A stretch of 64,000 nt of DNA from a virus. The stretch is taken from the IMG/VR virus record IMGVR_UViG_3300042558_005120, positions 1-64,000 of that record. The stretch is one strand, 5' to 3'. Made by a program: the position numbers and the translations under genes. Positions 10,543 to 20,688 of this stretch are shown here, one piece after another (the stretch's first letter is position 1; each line of letters begins with the position of its first letter). The notes beneath the pieces were generated by a model that searched no databases, was not told where the DNA came from, and worked only from the letters and a program-made list of their open reading frames with translations.

Positions 10543-12420
10543 TTACATATCCTTAATTATTCGATAAATGCTCATTAGGTCATCAGTATTCTGAACGTCT
10601 TCATTTACTTTTCGCATAATCACATTTTTAATTGTAGGTTCGACTGTATCATATATATTCTCTACCATTTCGTAAAAATCAGTAGATGAGAAAAAAGGAA
10701 CTAAATCCACACAAGTCATTGCAATATCATCGTGACCGGTTTGTGATTCATAGCGACCTTGGGAATTTAGTCCAAATGCCGTTAGTTCGTCAACAGTTTT
10801 CTTTTCAGTAATAATAATTCTTTTTTGTTGAATTAAACTTCTTAGTTCTCTGGAATAAGATTCTTTATTATCCTTTTGTAGTTTAACACCTATCTTCATT
10901 GTGTCATTTGCAATACTGTGCTTTGTATGTAAAAATAACTCCGGATAGTAGTTTCTATTTTTTGACAGCTTTTCAACAATTATGTTACCTTTAAAGTTAA
11001 TCTCCAAAACTACCGAACAATTCTCATGGTGAAATATGCTGTAAACTAATATCTCTAATACTTTAGCAACTTCATCAACCGAAGTACTGTTTGACTGAAA
11101 TATACCAACCTGTCGAAGTCGGAAGAAACTGGATTCATCATTCCAATCCCTGGTTCCACGAATACCAACAAGAGATTGTGGCTCCATTTTAAAAATATTG
11201 ATAACTGAATAGTCGCGGCCAACACCATCACCTAAATCTAAAACAAAAACAATTTGGTCATTGACTGCATCTCTTCTCGTTGGGTCATAATCTGGGTGCC
11301 ATTTTAAATGTGTACCTAAATCTGGAAAATCTAAAAAGTCATCAATCTCGACCCACTTGTATGGCTTGCAAATTTTATTCAGAAGTTGCAATGTTTGACT
11401 TGAAAGCAATAACCTTGAAGAAGCTAAGAATTGATTTCCATATTCTTGGTTAAAAAGTTCTTCATTTCCTAAGTTAGCAATTTCTCTTTTTTTCCATTCT
11501 TCGTCTCTGCCAGGAACTTCCCACCAATCGACCCTAATAGCATTAAATGCGTTTGACTTAGTTAAAGCACCTTGGTAGATATTATAGAAAAGATTCATCC
11601 CATGGGGCGTGGACGAAATAATCATCCTAGATATCGTTGACGAAGAAAGTGTTGGATAAATTGAACGATAAAAAGGTTCCAAAAAGTTAGGATGGATGTG
11701 AGCAAACTCATCCGCATACAACAAGTGGATAGTAAAACCAATCGCTGCTGTTTTTGTTGTTGCCTGAGAATAAAGACGATTACCATTATCGAATTTCATA
11801 GTAGTTACAGCATTTGTAACGATACCTGGCTTCATAAAGAATGGCAAATTCTTTAACACGATTTTGATTTTATCTACAATCTCAGTAGTTGTTGCTAATT
11901 TATTTGCAACAACCATAGCATTTCTATCAAAGTGGAAACAAATATACCAAGCAATAAATATACTACTTGTTACAGTATTATGTGAAAGAATGCCATTTGT
12001 ATAAAAGCGATGGTTTGGATGGTTGACTGTCAAATCAAACATCGAATAATTGTTACTACTTTTTATTATTTTAATTACTCGCTCAGCGCCATCTTGTGTA
12101 TAGATATAATCACCTATTTCCAAATTGTCAATAAAAATTTGTTGTAATTTATCAGTAAAAATAATATGTTGGTCAGCAGCATATATTTTTTTACCAGTAT
12201 CTGTTTCAATCGTCCATTCTGTAAATGGCTGAGTTATATGGATATCACTAACGCCAACCCAACCCGTGTCCGACATTACTTGTATGTCTGTATTTATACC
12301 AACCGTATTGATAATTTTTTTAGATGAGTCGAATTGGTTTAATTGCAAATGGCGATACTCAAACCGTTCAATTAATTGAATAGTTTTTATAATCGCTATT
12401 TTAAGTATCTTTTTTATCAT
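10543..12420 (-). CDS. terL: Terminase large subunit, C-terminal part, fused to a 148-aa C-intein (intein 12420-11977)
   Basis: Hint motifs AADQH and FDLTV...FYTNGILSHN followed by Thr+1; then gp17 motifs LYADEFAHI, SSTPHGMN, WWEVPGRD, QEY, DLGDGVGRDYS, HDD. Confidence 0.92.
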   Translation of the reverse strand: MIKKILKIAIIKTIQLIERFEYRHLQLNQFDSSKKIINTVGINTDIQVMSDTGWVGVSDIHITQPFTEWTIETDTGKKIYAADQHIIFTDKLQQIFIDNLEIGDYIYTQDGAERVIKIIKSSNNYSMFDLTVNHPNHRFYTNGILSHNTVTSSIFIAWYICFHFDRNAMVVANKLATTTEIVDKIKIVLKNLPFFMKPGIVTNAVTTMKFDNGNRLYSQATTKTAAIGFTIHLLYADEFAHIHPNFLEPFYRSIYPTLSSSTISRMIISSTPHGMNLFYNIYQGALTKSNAFNAIRVDWWEVPGRDEEWKKREIANLGNEELFNQEYGNQFLASSRLLLSSQTLQLLNKICKPYKWVEIDDFLDFPDLGTHLKWHPDYDPTRRDAVNDQIVFVLDLGDGVGRDYSVINIFKMEPQSLVGIRGTRDWNDESSFFRLRQVGIFQSNSTSVDEVAKVLEILVYSIFHHENCSVVLEINFKGNIIVEKLSKNRNYYPELFLHTKHSIANDTMKIGVKLQKDNKESYSRELRSLIQQKRIIITEKKTVDELTAFGLNSQGRYESQTGHDDIAMTCVDLVPFFSSTDFYEMVENIYDTVEPTIKNVIMRKVNEDVQNTDDLMSIYRIIKDM

Positions 12421-13528
12421 ATATAAAGTTTATACATTTTTCTATTGTTTTTATTGGATTTGATTTATACTCTGATTCCCATATCACCATAACTAAAAAA
12501 CCTTCTTGTTCAATTAGAGATTTTTTATTTTTATCAGATTCCCATATATCTTTTGCTGTTGTGCCTATTACTTTATGTATGTATGCTGATTCATAAGTAT
12601 TTGGATTACAATGCCAATAGTCACCGTGGAATTCTATTATTTTGTTATTGATAACAAAATCATAAGAATGTGTTATTTTTTGACTTGGAAAATATCTAAA
12701 AAACTGCTTCCCGTTTAGTGCGCTGTAATACTTATTTTTGCATTTTAAATTATCTACTATTTTTTGAATAAATTCTAATTCTAAATCCGAATAATTATTT
12801 TTAGAGAATTTAACAAAATCTCCATTTTTGTACATATCATTTATTTTTTCGCCCCATTCTTTATTTCTTTTTTGCCAAATCTTTATTCCTTTTTCCTCCC
12901 CATATTTTTTGATACACTTATCAATCGTAAATGTTCTTTGTCTTTCTTTATATTTTTCTATTGCGGTTTCTATATCTTCATATTTATTTTTCCAATATTC
13001 AAAATTAGTTTCTGTTAAGCGATTAGAGAGTGCTTGTTTGGCGAATACGGAAACAGCTTTTTCTTTGTCTTCAATATTTGAATACCCTTTAAAACTTTTT
13101 GAAAATGGTGATAATGTTTTTCGATATTCTTCGGATGTTTTTGATTTATGGTTTGGATTATTCACTCCTTTAAATTTTTTACTCATCAAAGTTCGATACT
13201 TCTCATCCTTCATATGAATTCCTGAATTCTTGGACGTGCTTTTTTTGTCAGAAAGACAGGCGACTGCAGCATTTGGAAATTCTGAGTGATAATCTTTAAT
13301 AGTTTTATCTGTATGGTGATTTTTAATATGAGTTCCGTATATTCTTTTTGCTTTATAGTTGCACCATTTACAAGTAATATAATCAATTCCTTCTATTCCA
13401 TCGAGGCTGTTTGATTTTTTAATTAGTGCCTTTTGTTTTTTTAATTCTTGGGCTTTTTCTTTGCAAACGGTTGAACAATATTTTGTTCCTGTGCCTTTAA
13501 CTGCTGTTTCACAGATTAAACATTTCAT
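12401..13528 (-). CDS. Free-standing homing endonuclease (Vsr/DUF559-like PD-(D/E)xK) between the split terL halves
   Basis: YDFVINNKIIEFHGDYWHCNP...VIWE; N-terminal Zn-finger Cys pairs. Confidence 0.8.
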   Translation of the reverse strand: MKCLICETAVKGTGTKYCSTVCKEKAQELKKQKALIKKSNSLDGIEGIDYITCKWCNYKAKRIYGTHIKNHHTDKTIKDYHSEFPNAAVACLSDKKSTSKNSGIHMKDEKYRTLMSKKFKGVNNPNHKSKTSEEYRKTLSPFSKSFKGYSNIEDKEKAVSVFAKQALSNRLTETNFEYWKNKYEDIETAIEKYKERQRTFTIDKCIKKYGEEKGIKIWQKRNKEWGEKINDMYKNGDFVKFSKNNYSDLELEFIQKIVDNLKCKNKYYSALNGKQFFRYFPSQKITHSYDFVINNKIIEFHGDYWHCNPNTYESAYIHKVIGTTAKDIWESDKNKKSLIEQEGFLVMVIWESEYKSNPIKTIEKCINFIYDKKDT

Positions 13529-13548
13529 ATTTATACTATTTTTTATAG

Positions 13549-13557
13549 TATATATTT
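13549..13557 (-). promoter_or_regulatory. Late-type promoter variant AAATATATA upstream of the endonuclease
   Basis: Variant of the recurrent motif in the 55-nt gap. Confidence 0.45.
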
Positions 13558-13583
13558 AAAGATGAATCTTGCTTTTTGACAAA

Positions 13584-14078
13584 TCAATCCAGCCAATCAT
13601 AAATTTTCCAAAGACGCCATTTTATTTTTTCAGCAAATGTTAATTTGCGTTCCTTTTTCAGTATTATAAAATAAAGGTTTCCTAATGAAATTTCTTTAAC
13701 TTCTTGCTCCGGAAATTTCACCTTTATTTTAGTTGAATAAGAAGCACACTTCCCAATCTGGCGGCTTGCAACCATAACGTTGAAGCGATTATCTTGGAAA
13801 TCTCGTAACATTTTTTTCTGGTACCCTCTAAGTTTAATTCGAGAAATACCTTCGTCCGTCATTGAATAACAATAGTTCTCTCCAAAATAAACTACGTCAT
13901 CTGCGCATTTTGCAATTTCTTGTAGTTCCTCATCGGTATAATCGAAAACAATATCCGGTGCTCGGTAATCTATTTTACCGTCAGCAAAAGGAGAGTAATC
14001 AGCCTGTCCGCCTTGCTCTATTTTTGTAATTTCTTCATTGATCCTTTTGGTTGACCAAACCTTACCTCTACTCGACAT
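13584..14078 (-). CDS. terL: Terminase large subunit, N-terminal part (110 aa), fused to a 54-aa N-intein (Cys1 at 13748)
   Basis: KCADDVVYF...LRGYQ...ASRQIGK Walker A cut before its Thr, followed by CASYSTKIKV (intein block A). Confidence 0.9.
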   Translation of the reverse strand: MSSRGKVWSTKRINEEITKIEQGGQADYSPFADGKIDYRAPDIVFDYTDEELQEIAKCADDVVYFGENYCYSMTDEGISRIKLRGYQKKMLRDFQDNRFNVMVASRQIGKCASYSTKIKVKFPEQEVKEISLGNLYFIILKKERKLTFAEKIKWRLWKIYDWLD

Positions 14079-14727
14079 CTTCTACATCTTTTTTGATTGC
14101 GCCATCTGCTTTGTGTTCTGGGATTGCTTGGCGCAGTGTTTCAATTAGTTTTCGAGTTCCTCGGATTTGATTGCCAGTATTATCTTCAATTTCATAGTCA
14201 CCACTTTTCAGTTCCTGTGGACCTTCTGCTTTTTTGATTCGATAGTCTTCCTTTAAGGACTTGTAATTGTTTTCCATAATTACCATGAATTGCGCCATGT
14301 GTTTGACTATATCCATTTTAGCACGTTGTAATGAAGAAAGAACTTCAAATGCTCGAGGATGTACTCCACCATTATCAATCTCCTCAAGCAATTTGATAAT
14401 AGCATGCTCTGCGGTTTTCATTTGAAACAGCAAACTTGATACGGTTAGTTTATCAACTGTATTTTTTTCTCGGATATATGCAATTTCAGATATAATATCT
14501 CGGTCCAAATAGAATTCAGCAATTGCCGCAACAATTTTTCCCGCTTCATCATCTGCGACTTCTTTGACCGCCATGTAGTTTAAAAATCCTACGGTAGGTC
14601 GTTCGGGTAAAATGCTTTCAGCAAGTTTTAATGAGCTTGCTAGATTTTCATCACTGTTAATAAGTTTTTCCAATTCGTCCTTTTCATTGAGTACTTCGAC
14701 TCTTCTGGGATTTGGTTTTCTTGCCAT
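14068..14727 (-). CDS. Probable terminase small subunit (gp16-like)
   Basis: Directly upstream of terL; HPRAFEVLSSL motif typical of T4-like TerS. Confidence 0.65.
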   Translation of the reverse strand: MARKPNPRRVEVLNEKDELEKLINSDENLASSLKLAESILPERPTVGFLNYMAVKEVADDEAGKIVAAIAEFYLDRDIISEIAYIREKNTVDKLTVSSLLFQMKTAEHAIIKLLEEIDNGGVHPRAFEVLSSLQRAKMDIVKHMAQFMVIMENNYKSLKEDYRIKKAEGPQELKSGDYEIEDNTGNQIRGTRKLIETLRQAIPEHKADGAIKKDVEDVE

Positions 14728-14733
14728 ATTGTA

Positions 14734-16749
14734 TTATTTTGTCTGTCCAATCCAAGGAAGTTCTAATCTTGGAAGAGCGTTGTCTATGATTATAGAATAC
14801 TGCGCATCTTGGACAATGGTTTGATTTAAAATTATGATTTGTTTATTTAAGTCGTTTTCTGATCTAGAGAAAACTCGAATGTTTGTATAAGCTAAGCTGC
14901 TTGCAGGCAAACGATACTGATATCCACCTGTTGCGCTTCGATTGACATTTGTAGCAATCACCGCCTTTGAGTATATATTCTCTAAATCAGTTGTCTGTTC
15001 TGGTGTTGCTGATGACTCGTTCCATTTACGAATCCAAAGGTCTAACGAGATTTGTTGAAAGCAATTATTAACATTAAAGTAGTAAGCATACCAATTGTTC
15101 TCAACAATATTGTTCGGTAATATAAATAGGAGATTCTCAGTCTGACTAACAAAATTAAAATATCGGCTTGCATAAAGTGAAAGCTTCCAACCTGAATTAT
15201 CATCTGGGTTGAGACCATCCATCATTATAGTTTCGTAAGTTACTTCTACTTGATAACCGCTTGTTATAGACCCAGATGCCCAGTTTTGATAATAGGTATT
15301 TAAAAATTGAATAATCTCATTTCGGACTGCAATTGTAATAATAAAACCACCAACAATTGGCGTCTTTGAGACAAAATTGCCAAACACTGAAAGTCCATTA
15401 AAACGTGTAATCTTTAAAAGCGAACCCGGTTGATAGTTTCGGTTTGGAGTAATTGTAAAACTCAGTGGAGTTGTTGTTGTGCCTACAGTCCCGAGTACCA
15501 ATTGTCCTTTAACTGAATCTTTTGGCGTTTGGACTTTTGGGCCTAATTCTTTAAACCAAGCACAGACACCTAATTCATTTTCATTGCTTTCTGAAAACTC
15601 AACCTTTGCTCGATATTTAACAGCAATCTGATTTTCTAAAGGATTGAATATTGACCGCAGGTCATACTGGCTTTCGGATAAAATATTACTCCAATTCATA
15701 AGCCGAGATTCAGTAATTACTAAATTGTCATTTATTTCCAAACGAGTTGGGTCGTATTTTCGACTTCCAATTTTTGGATCATATTGCTCTGGCTTTGTAA
15801 TTTTTTCTTCTTCAACTGTAACTTCTTCATCGAAGCGCTCGATACTGTCCCATGAGATTCCGTCCAATTGTCCTCTGAGTTCCTGCGGTTCGTATCGGTT
15901 TGCTTTGGGGGCATATTTTTTTAATGCAACTTTCCAATATGCAGGTTGATACATAAAGTCTCTAAATAGATATGAGCTTTCAATTTCATAAATTCGATTT
16001 GTCAAAGGAAAGTAAATTATGTCTCTTTTCTGTGGTGCAATTCCAATCCCTAAAACCGATTCAAAATAATTCTTATCAATGTGAACTTCAAACGGCATTT
16101 CGAAATCCAAGCCAAACGGGTTGAAGTTTATTTTTGAATCTGGAAACTCATTATTTGGAACAATTACTTTTATCGTACACGGCTCATCCACATCGTATAA
16201 AGTCCACTCGTGTAAAACTACATCTTTTCCAACTGCCATTGGTACTGCTCTGGCATACATTGTATCATGGCCAAAGATTCGGTTGATAGATGCGCTTAGG
16301 TCTTTGTAAAGAACAACCGCTGGGTTTACTTGATAAGGTCGAAAGGTAAAATTCTCAAGTTTTGTTAGATTTGTTATCGAACCTTTTTCCGCAACGGTTA
16401 AGATTGGTCGGAAACCATAATAAGGGTCATCGGCATCTACGGATTGCTCAAACAATAATGTTATGTCATTGATTGTAATCGGCCCACCACCAATCAGCGT
16501 ATATCGGAAATCAACATAAAGATCTAAGTTTGGGTCTAAGTTACAAATTGCTGTTAAATTTTCAACAGTCAAATCCATCCACGAAGCACGGACCCGATTT
16601 GTTGTCCCCCATCTGAACTCGCGGCGAAGAACCCCAATACCTGAGATGTCCTCTTCCCATCCCGTCATTTTAGTTACCCATTTATACGGCTTTTGCTGAA
16701 CGATTTTTGCGTAATCTCCAATATTTGTTAGAACAGTTGTACAACTCAC
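14734..16749 (-). CDS. Neck/head-closure protein (gp14-like) with additional domains
   Basis: FGLDFEMPFEVHIDKNYF...PQKRDIIYFPLTNRIYEI resembles the gp14 core; preceded by the late motif. Confidence 0.55.
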   Translation of the reverse strand: MSCTTVLTNIGDYAKIVQQKPYKWVTKMTGWEEDISGIGVLRREFRWGTTNRVRASWMDLTVENLTAICNLDPNLDLYVDFRYTLIGGGPITINDITLLFEQSVDADDPYYGFRPILTVAEKGSITNLTKLENFTFRPYQVNPAVVLYKDLSASINRIFGHDTMYARAVPMAVGKDVVLHEWTLYDVDEPCTIKVIVPNNEFPDSKINFNPFGLDFEMPFEVHIDKNYFESVLGIGIAPQKRDIIYFPLTNRIYEIESSYLFRDFMYQPAYWKVALKKYAPKANRYEPQELRGQLDGISWDSIERFDEEVTVEEEKITKPEQYDPKIGSRKYDPTRLEINDNLVITESRLMNWSNILSESQYDLRSIFNPLENQIAVKYRAKVEFSESNENELGVCAWFKELGPKVQTPKDSVKGQLVLGTVGTTTTPLSFTITPNRNYQPGSLLKITRFNGLSVFGNFVSKTPIVGGFIITIAVRNEIIQFLNTYYQNWASGSITSGYQVEVTYETIMMDGLNPDDNSGWKLSLYASRYFNFVSQTENLLFILPNNIVENNWYAYYFNVNNCFQQISLDLWIRKWNESSATPEQTTDLENIYSKAVIATNVNRSATGGYQYRLPASSLAYTNIRVFSRSENDLNKQIIILNQTIVQDAQYSIIIDNALPRLELPWIGQTK

Positions 16750-16767
16750 TTAATAGTGCTTTTTATC

Positions 16768-16776
16768 TATATATCA
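16768..16776 (-). promoter_or_regulatory. Late-type promoter motif TGATATATA
   Basis: Upstream of the neck/terminase operon. Confidence 0.65.
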
Positions 16777-16782
16777 AAAAAT

Positions 16783-16815
16783 AAAAAAAGGGTATGAACA
16801 TAGTCCACACCCTTT
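16783..16815 (-). terminator. Probable terminator
   Basis: AAAGGGT...ACCCTTT stem with an A-run on the + strand. Confidence 0.5.
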
Positions 16816-16844
16816 AACAATCGCACTTGTTTTAAAATATTTTT

Positions 16845-17228
16845 TTATAATTGTTCGATTACTTTTAAATCGATTCCAGAATTGGCAACAGCATCTCGCA
16901 GTTTTTCTAGTTTTGCTTCAATTCTATCGGCACGTGAATCTATTTTTTTTCGTAGTTCTTGATTTATTGAATACTGATTTTCTGCATCATTTTGAATTAT
17001 GTCTCGTAACCTTTTTTCTATGACATGGATATAATCATTTAGGTAGACTTTTTCCTGTGTCAAAGTAGAACGAATGTCATCCATCGATCTGTAAACCGAG
17101 TCTAACTCCCTATGAAAAATTGTTGTGTTTATTTTTTTACTCAACCTATAGTACGCCACGGCGATTGATGCTATCAAAGCAATGGCACACAAAGTTGAAC
17201 AAACGGTAATAATGATTGTTGTAAGCAT
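16845..17228 (-). CDS. Membrane-anchored coiled-coil hypothetical protein
   Basis: N-terminal hydrophobic helix followed by a heptad-like region. Confidence 0.6.
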   Translation of the reverse strand: MLTTIIITVCSTLCAIALIASIAVAYYRLSKKINTTIFHRELDSVYRSMDDIRSTLTQEKVYLNDYIHVIEKRLRDIIQNDAENQYSINQELRKKIDSRADRIEAKLEKLRDAVANSGIDLKVIEQL

Positions 17229-17266
17229 AATGTTTTTTTTGTTTTTTTAAGTGCGATTGTATATCT

Positions 17267-17677
17267 TTATTCAATTAGAGATTTAAAATTTTCAAGTTCG
17301 TCCCAAACTTTATCGCCGAGTAAAGAAACCGCATCATCAAAATCTCGACGAGACCACTGATGGATTTCACACCATTTTTGAATAATCGAATCTTCGACAG
17401 GTTGGACTGCTTTTTTCTTTTCTTTCTCTTTTTTCGTTTTAACGTACATCCAACCAGGTGTTCGATTATATTGCCCGGCCAATAAAGATTGCCAAAAGGT
17501 AACAGCTTCGGATGGATTGATTTTTAAATGATTAAAATAAGCAGCTTGAACTGGATAGCGAATGCTGCACAAACGATTGACCATAAAAAAATGTTTACCT
17601 CGCTCATGTGGCGGTACCGACTTAAATTCATTCGGCTTGGAAATCATATTGTTTATAAACTCAAATAAGTCTGCCAT
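17267..17677 (-). CDS. Clamp loader small subunit (gp62-like)
   Basis: LFEFINNM...FFMVNRLCS...W pattern; size and proximity to gp44. Confidence 0.5.
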   Translation of the reverse strand: MADLFEFINNMISKPNEFKSVPPHERGKHFFMVNRLCSIRYPVQAAYFNHLKINPSEAVTFWQSLLAGQYNRTPGWMYVKTKKEKEKKKAVQPVEDSIIQKWCEIHQWSRRDFDDAVSLLGDKVWDELENFKSLIE

Positions 17678-17682
17678 ATTGT

Positions 17683-18783
17683 TTATTCGAAATTAGAGAA
17701 AAAATCGGAACTAAATGATTTCTTTTCGGTGATAAATTTTGTTCCACTCAACAGTGTGTTAATATCATATTTTGTAATTTTCAATCTTTGTTCCCCAACT
17801 ACTCGATATGTTTTATGAAAATCCTGTTGGATAGTTTCAGGAATCACATCACCATTTAGATATACCAGTTTAATATTACGCTCTATTCTAGCACGTAAGT
17901 CATCAATGACCGGGGTTTGTTTACAATAATTTATTATCCCTGCTGAAATCGTATCTACATACAATTTTAAATCCATGACATTAACATCAAGTGGGAGGTC
18001 GGTGTAAATCAATTCAGCTTTTTGTGGTGTGATTTTATAAGTCTTTTCACCTTTTTTCCAAGACCAAATCGGAGGAACAGCGTCACCTTTATCACCGATA
18101 ATAATTTTCTCAACGATAAATTTATGGGTATCAATTTCTTCAACATCAACCTTTCCCATCAATCCAGAGATGACATCTTTGCTGGCATTAATAAAAGTAT
18201 TTGCATCGAAAAGGTCAAAATGTGAAGATGCCGCTGCGATCCATTTCGTAAAACCAGTTGGGACAATTAACGCTCGAGACTTTGAATTGGGATTAAAAAC
18301 TACAACAAAGTTTTTATCAGTATGTCGGACACATTGTTTCATATCACCATCTCCGGTGATAATTACACTGTCTTCGCCGGCTTTAAGGAATTGATCTGAC
18401 CAAAGATAAAGTAAGTCATCGCATTCCGCGCCTTTTTCCTTGGAAACAATGAAACCTTTTTCTTTAATAATTTCGGCAAAGTCGTTAATTGATTGATAAA
18501 AATTATCCCAGTTAACGCTATCATCTTTTGTCCTATTTCCTTTATAGTCAATATCATCCGTTTCCATCGGAATATCTTTGCGCCAACTTCTGGAGTCAAA
18601 TGTAAAAACAACTTTATTCGGATGTTCAAAATTACGGATTGCGTGAGAAACATCGGTCGCCACTTTACGGACAAACATTTCTTGTTCCTTTTTTGAATTG
18701 AGCAATTTTTTCGAACTTGCATAACCACCAAATGCAAAAAGAGTTTTATAGAAAAAATAATGTCCGTCAAATATTAGATTCAT
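17683..18783 (-). CDS. rnh: RNase H / 5'-3' flap exonuclease (T4 rnh-like); probable start MNLIFDG
   Basis: IFDG, FDSRSWRK, YKGNR, ECDD, GDGDMKQ, GDKGD catalytic motifs. Confidence 0.85.
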   Translation of the reverse strand: MNLIFDGHYFFYKTLFAFGGYASSKKLLNSKKEQEMFVRKVATDVSHAIRNFEHPNKVVFTFDSRSWRKDIPMETDDIDYKGNRTKDDSVNWDNFYQSINDFAEIIKEKGFIVSKEKGAECDDLLYLWSDQFLKAGEDSVIITGDGDMKQCVRHTDKNFVVVFNPNSKSRALIVPTGFTKWIAAASSHFDLFDANTFINASKDVISGLMGKVDVEEIDTHKFIVEKIIIGDKGDAVPPIWSWKKGEKTYKITPQKAELIYTDLPLDVNVMDLKLYVDTISAGIINYCKQTPVIDDLRARIERNIKLVYLNGDVIPETIQQDFHKTYRVVGEQRLKITKYDINTLLSGTKFITEKKSFSSDFFSNFE

Positions 18784-18808
18784 AATTATGAGATTTTTGT
18801 ACAGTATA

Positions 18809-18837
18809 AATATATGAAATTTTCTCGAGACTTGCAA
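18809..18837 (-). promoter_or_regulatory. Candidate early (host-sigma) promoter TTGCAA-N17-TATATT
   Basis: Parallels TTACAA-N17-TATATT at 21620-21648. Confidence 0.4.
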
Positions 18838-18854
18838 GGAAAACCCAATCTTTT

Positions 18855-19103
18855 TTAGTAATATCCAAAACTTTCGATTGCCCTTTTAATACTTCGTTCA
18901 AGCTCTTGGCGAAGAACAAAGATTTGATTTACTGTATTTAAGTTTCCTTTAAAGACTTGTTTTCTTTGCAGCTCATTTTGTTTGTTTACTGCATAGATAT
19001 AAATCCTTGCACCAATTTTAACAACATCGAATTTTTTCCTGGGAAGTATTGGGTATGTTGTTAATATGTAACTATCAATGTCGGAAACTCTTTCAAAAAT
19101 CAT
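18855..19103 (-). CDS. Hypothetical protein
   Basis: 82-aa ORF in operon context. Confidence 0.55.
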   Translation of the reverse strand: MIFERVSDIDSYILTTYPILPRKKFDVVKIGARIYIYAVNKQNELQRKQVFKGNLNTVNQIFVLRQELERSIKRAIESFGYY

Positions 19104-19330
19104 TCTACAACTTCAGGTTTTATATGGACACTGTATTCTCTATTTCTTAGATTTTTACCAAACCATTGACCTTTGGATGTTGCAGAAGAAAAGGATTGGT
19201 AGTCATCATAAGTAAAATTTGGATATGTATATTCGTGGCCATTATGAAAAGTCACTGTAATGTTTTCCGATATGTCATCCCAGTTTGCAGACTTGACCAA
19301 AGATGAATTTACTTCTAAATTGTATTGCAT
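19100..19330 (-). CDS. KTSC domain protein
   Basis: VNSSLVKSANWD...VTFHNG.EYTY...SKGQWF. Confidence 0.8.
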   Translation of the reverse strand: MQYNLEVNSSLVKSANWDDISENITVTFHNGHEYTYPNFTYDDYQSFSSATSKGQWFGKNLRNREYSVHIKPEVVE

Positions 19331-19342
19331 AAAAAAAGTTTA

Positions 19343-20296
19343 TTAGTTTGCTAAAATCATTTGACACTCATATACCGCAGCCAACATTGAAATTGCTGGG
19401 TCAATTACTTGAATTCTTTGTGACTGATAATGTGCAGCCTTAATTACAATTTGTGGGATTTTTCCAACTAACTTTGGATGATTGTCTCTAATGTAGTCAG
19501 GCAATTCAGCACCAAGTGCAGTCAAGACATCGTCAACCTTTGAACCATAGTTGACCATTAAAAATTTATAAGTCTCAGTTGGGTCAGGTTTAGTTCCGCA
19601 AACCATTTGAAATACATCCGCAAACGAATAGTTTAATTTTTTGATGTCTTCAACTTTAATTTCAGTAACACCTTGAATTACGAAACTTTGAACTTTATTG
19701 AGAATTGTTCTCATGTCCGGGAAGTTTCTTTTTACAAATTCAATTACTGCATCTTTTTCAATTTGAATATTTGCAGCTTTCAGGATTGACCAAGTTCGTT
19801 TAATAAACTCAACCATTACTTCTTTTTCCTCTTCATTTGAAACAAAGTCAAATGATATACAATTAAATCTCGATTGTACAGGCTCTGGAACTTTATTGAT
19901 ATAATTACAAGTTGCAATAAAGCGAGCAGTGTGTGCAAATTTTTCAATCGTGGCACGAAGTGCTTTATAGAATTGGTCAGAAGCACCATCAATCTCATCA
20001 AGAATAACAACCTTGTATTTCTCAGCGCCATCCATTAACGAAATAGTCGAGCACCAATTTGTAATTTTGTCTCGAATAACATCGACGGAACTTTCATCCG
20101 AAACGTTGATGTATAAAGTTGGATAGTTTGCAGCCAATACTTTTGCTGAACTTGTTTTTCCTAATCCGGGACTTCCATAAAGAAGGAAGTTTTGATGAAG
20201 TTCACCGTTGCCGAAGGATTTGCGAATGCGGCTTGGTAGAATAAGTTGGTCAAGTGTTTTAGGGCGATACCTTTCGGTAAATAACTCTTGGATCAT
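19343..20296 (-). CDS. Clamp loader large subunit (gp44 / RFC-like AAA+)
   Basis: ERYRP, GSPGLGKT, ILDEIDG, TCNY, SRF, FPDMR. Confidence 0.9.
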   Translation of the reverse strand: MIQELFTERYRPKTLDQLILPSRIRKSFGNGELHQNFLLYGSPGLGKTSSAKVLAANYPTLYINVSDESSVDVIRDKITNWCSTISLMDGAEKYKVVILDEIDGASDQFYKALRATIEKFAHTARFIATCNYINKVPEPVQSRFNCISFDFVSNEEEKEVMVEFIKRTWSILKAANIQIEKDAVIEFVKRNFPDMRTILNKVQSFVIQGVTEIKVEDIKKLNYSFADVFQMVCGTKPDPTETYKFLMVNYGSKVDDVLTALGAELPDYIRDNHPKLVGKIPQIVIKAAHYQSQRIQVIDPAISMLAAVYECQMILAN

Positions 20297-20328
20297 ATTA
20301 TAATTTTTAAGAATGAATAATTTTTATT

Positions 20329-20356
20329 TTATATGCCGAAACGACTTGTGAGTTTT
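20329..20356 (-). promoter_or_regulatory. Bipartite promoter motif AAAACT-N15-CATATAA upstream of gp44
   Basis: One of 8 intergenic copies with a fixed 15-nt spacer. Confidence 0.7.
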
Positions 20357-20677
20357 TTAATCCGATAAATTATTTACAAGTTTTGCAAGGACATGGCCAT
20401 GACAACCTTTTGGGTGACACCAACATCCCAAGACTTTTCCTTTTAATTCTTTAAGGTCAGATAACAACCGACGGCCATCGCCTAACAATATCCAGTTTTC
20501 GTATGCCTGGATTGCTTCTTGTCGAGATTTTACAATAAATTCAGCTCGGGTTTCTTTGTCTTTGATATGTGAAAATGGATTTCCCCATTTGCTCGGACGT
20601 CCAATATAGATATCATAGTCCTCCTTTTTACAGTGGACGACTTTACATTCTGGTGAGTTTTGATTTATCAAATTCAT
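20357..20677 (-). CDS. DUF4326-like protein; probable start MNLINQ
   Basis: VVHCKK...DIYIGRPSKWGNPF...LKGKVLGCWCHPKGCHG. Confidence 0.8.
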   Translation of the reverse strand: MNLINQNSPECKVVHCKKEDYDIYIGRPSKWGNPFSHIKDKETRAEFIVKSRQEAIQAYENWILLGDGRRLLSDLKELKGKVLGCWCHPKGCHGHVLAKLVNNLSD

Positions 20678-20688
20678 TAAAATATAAT

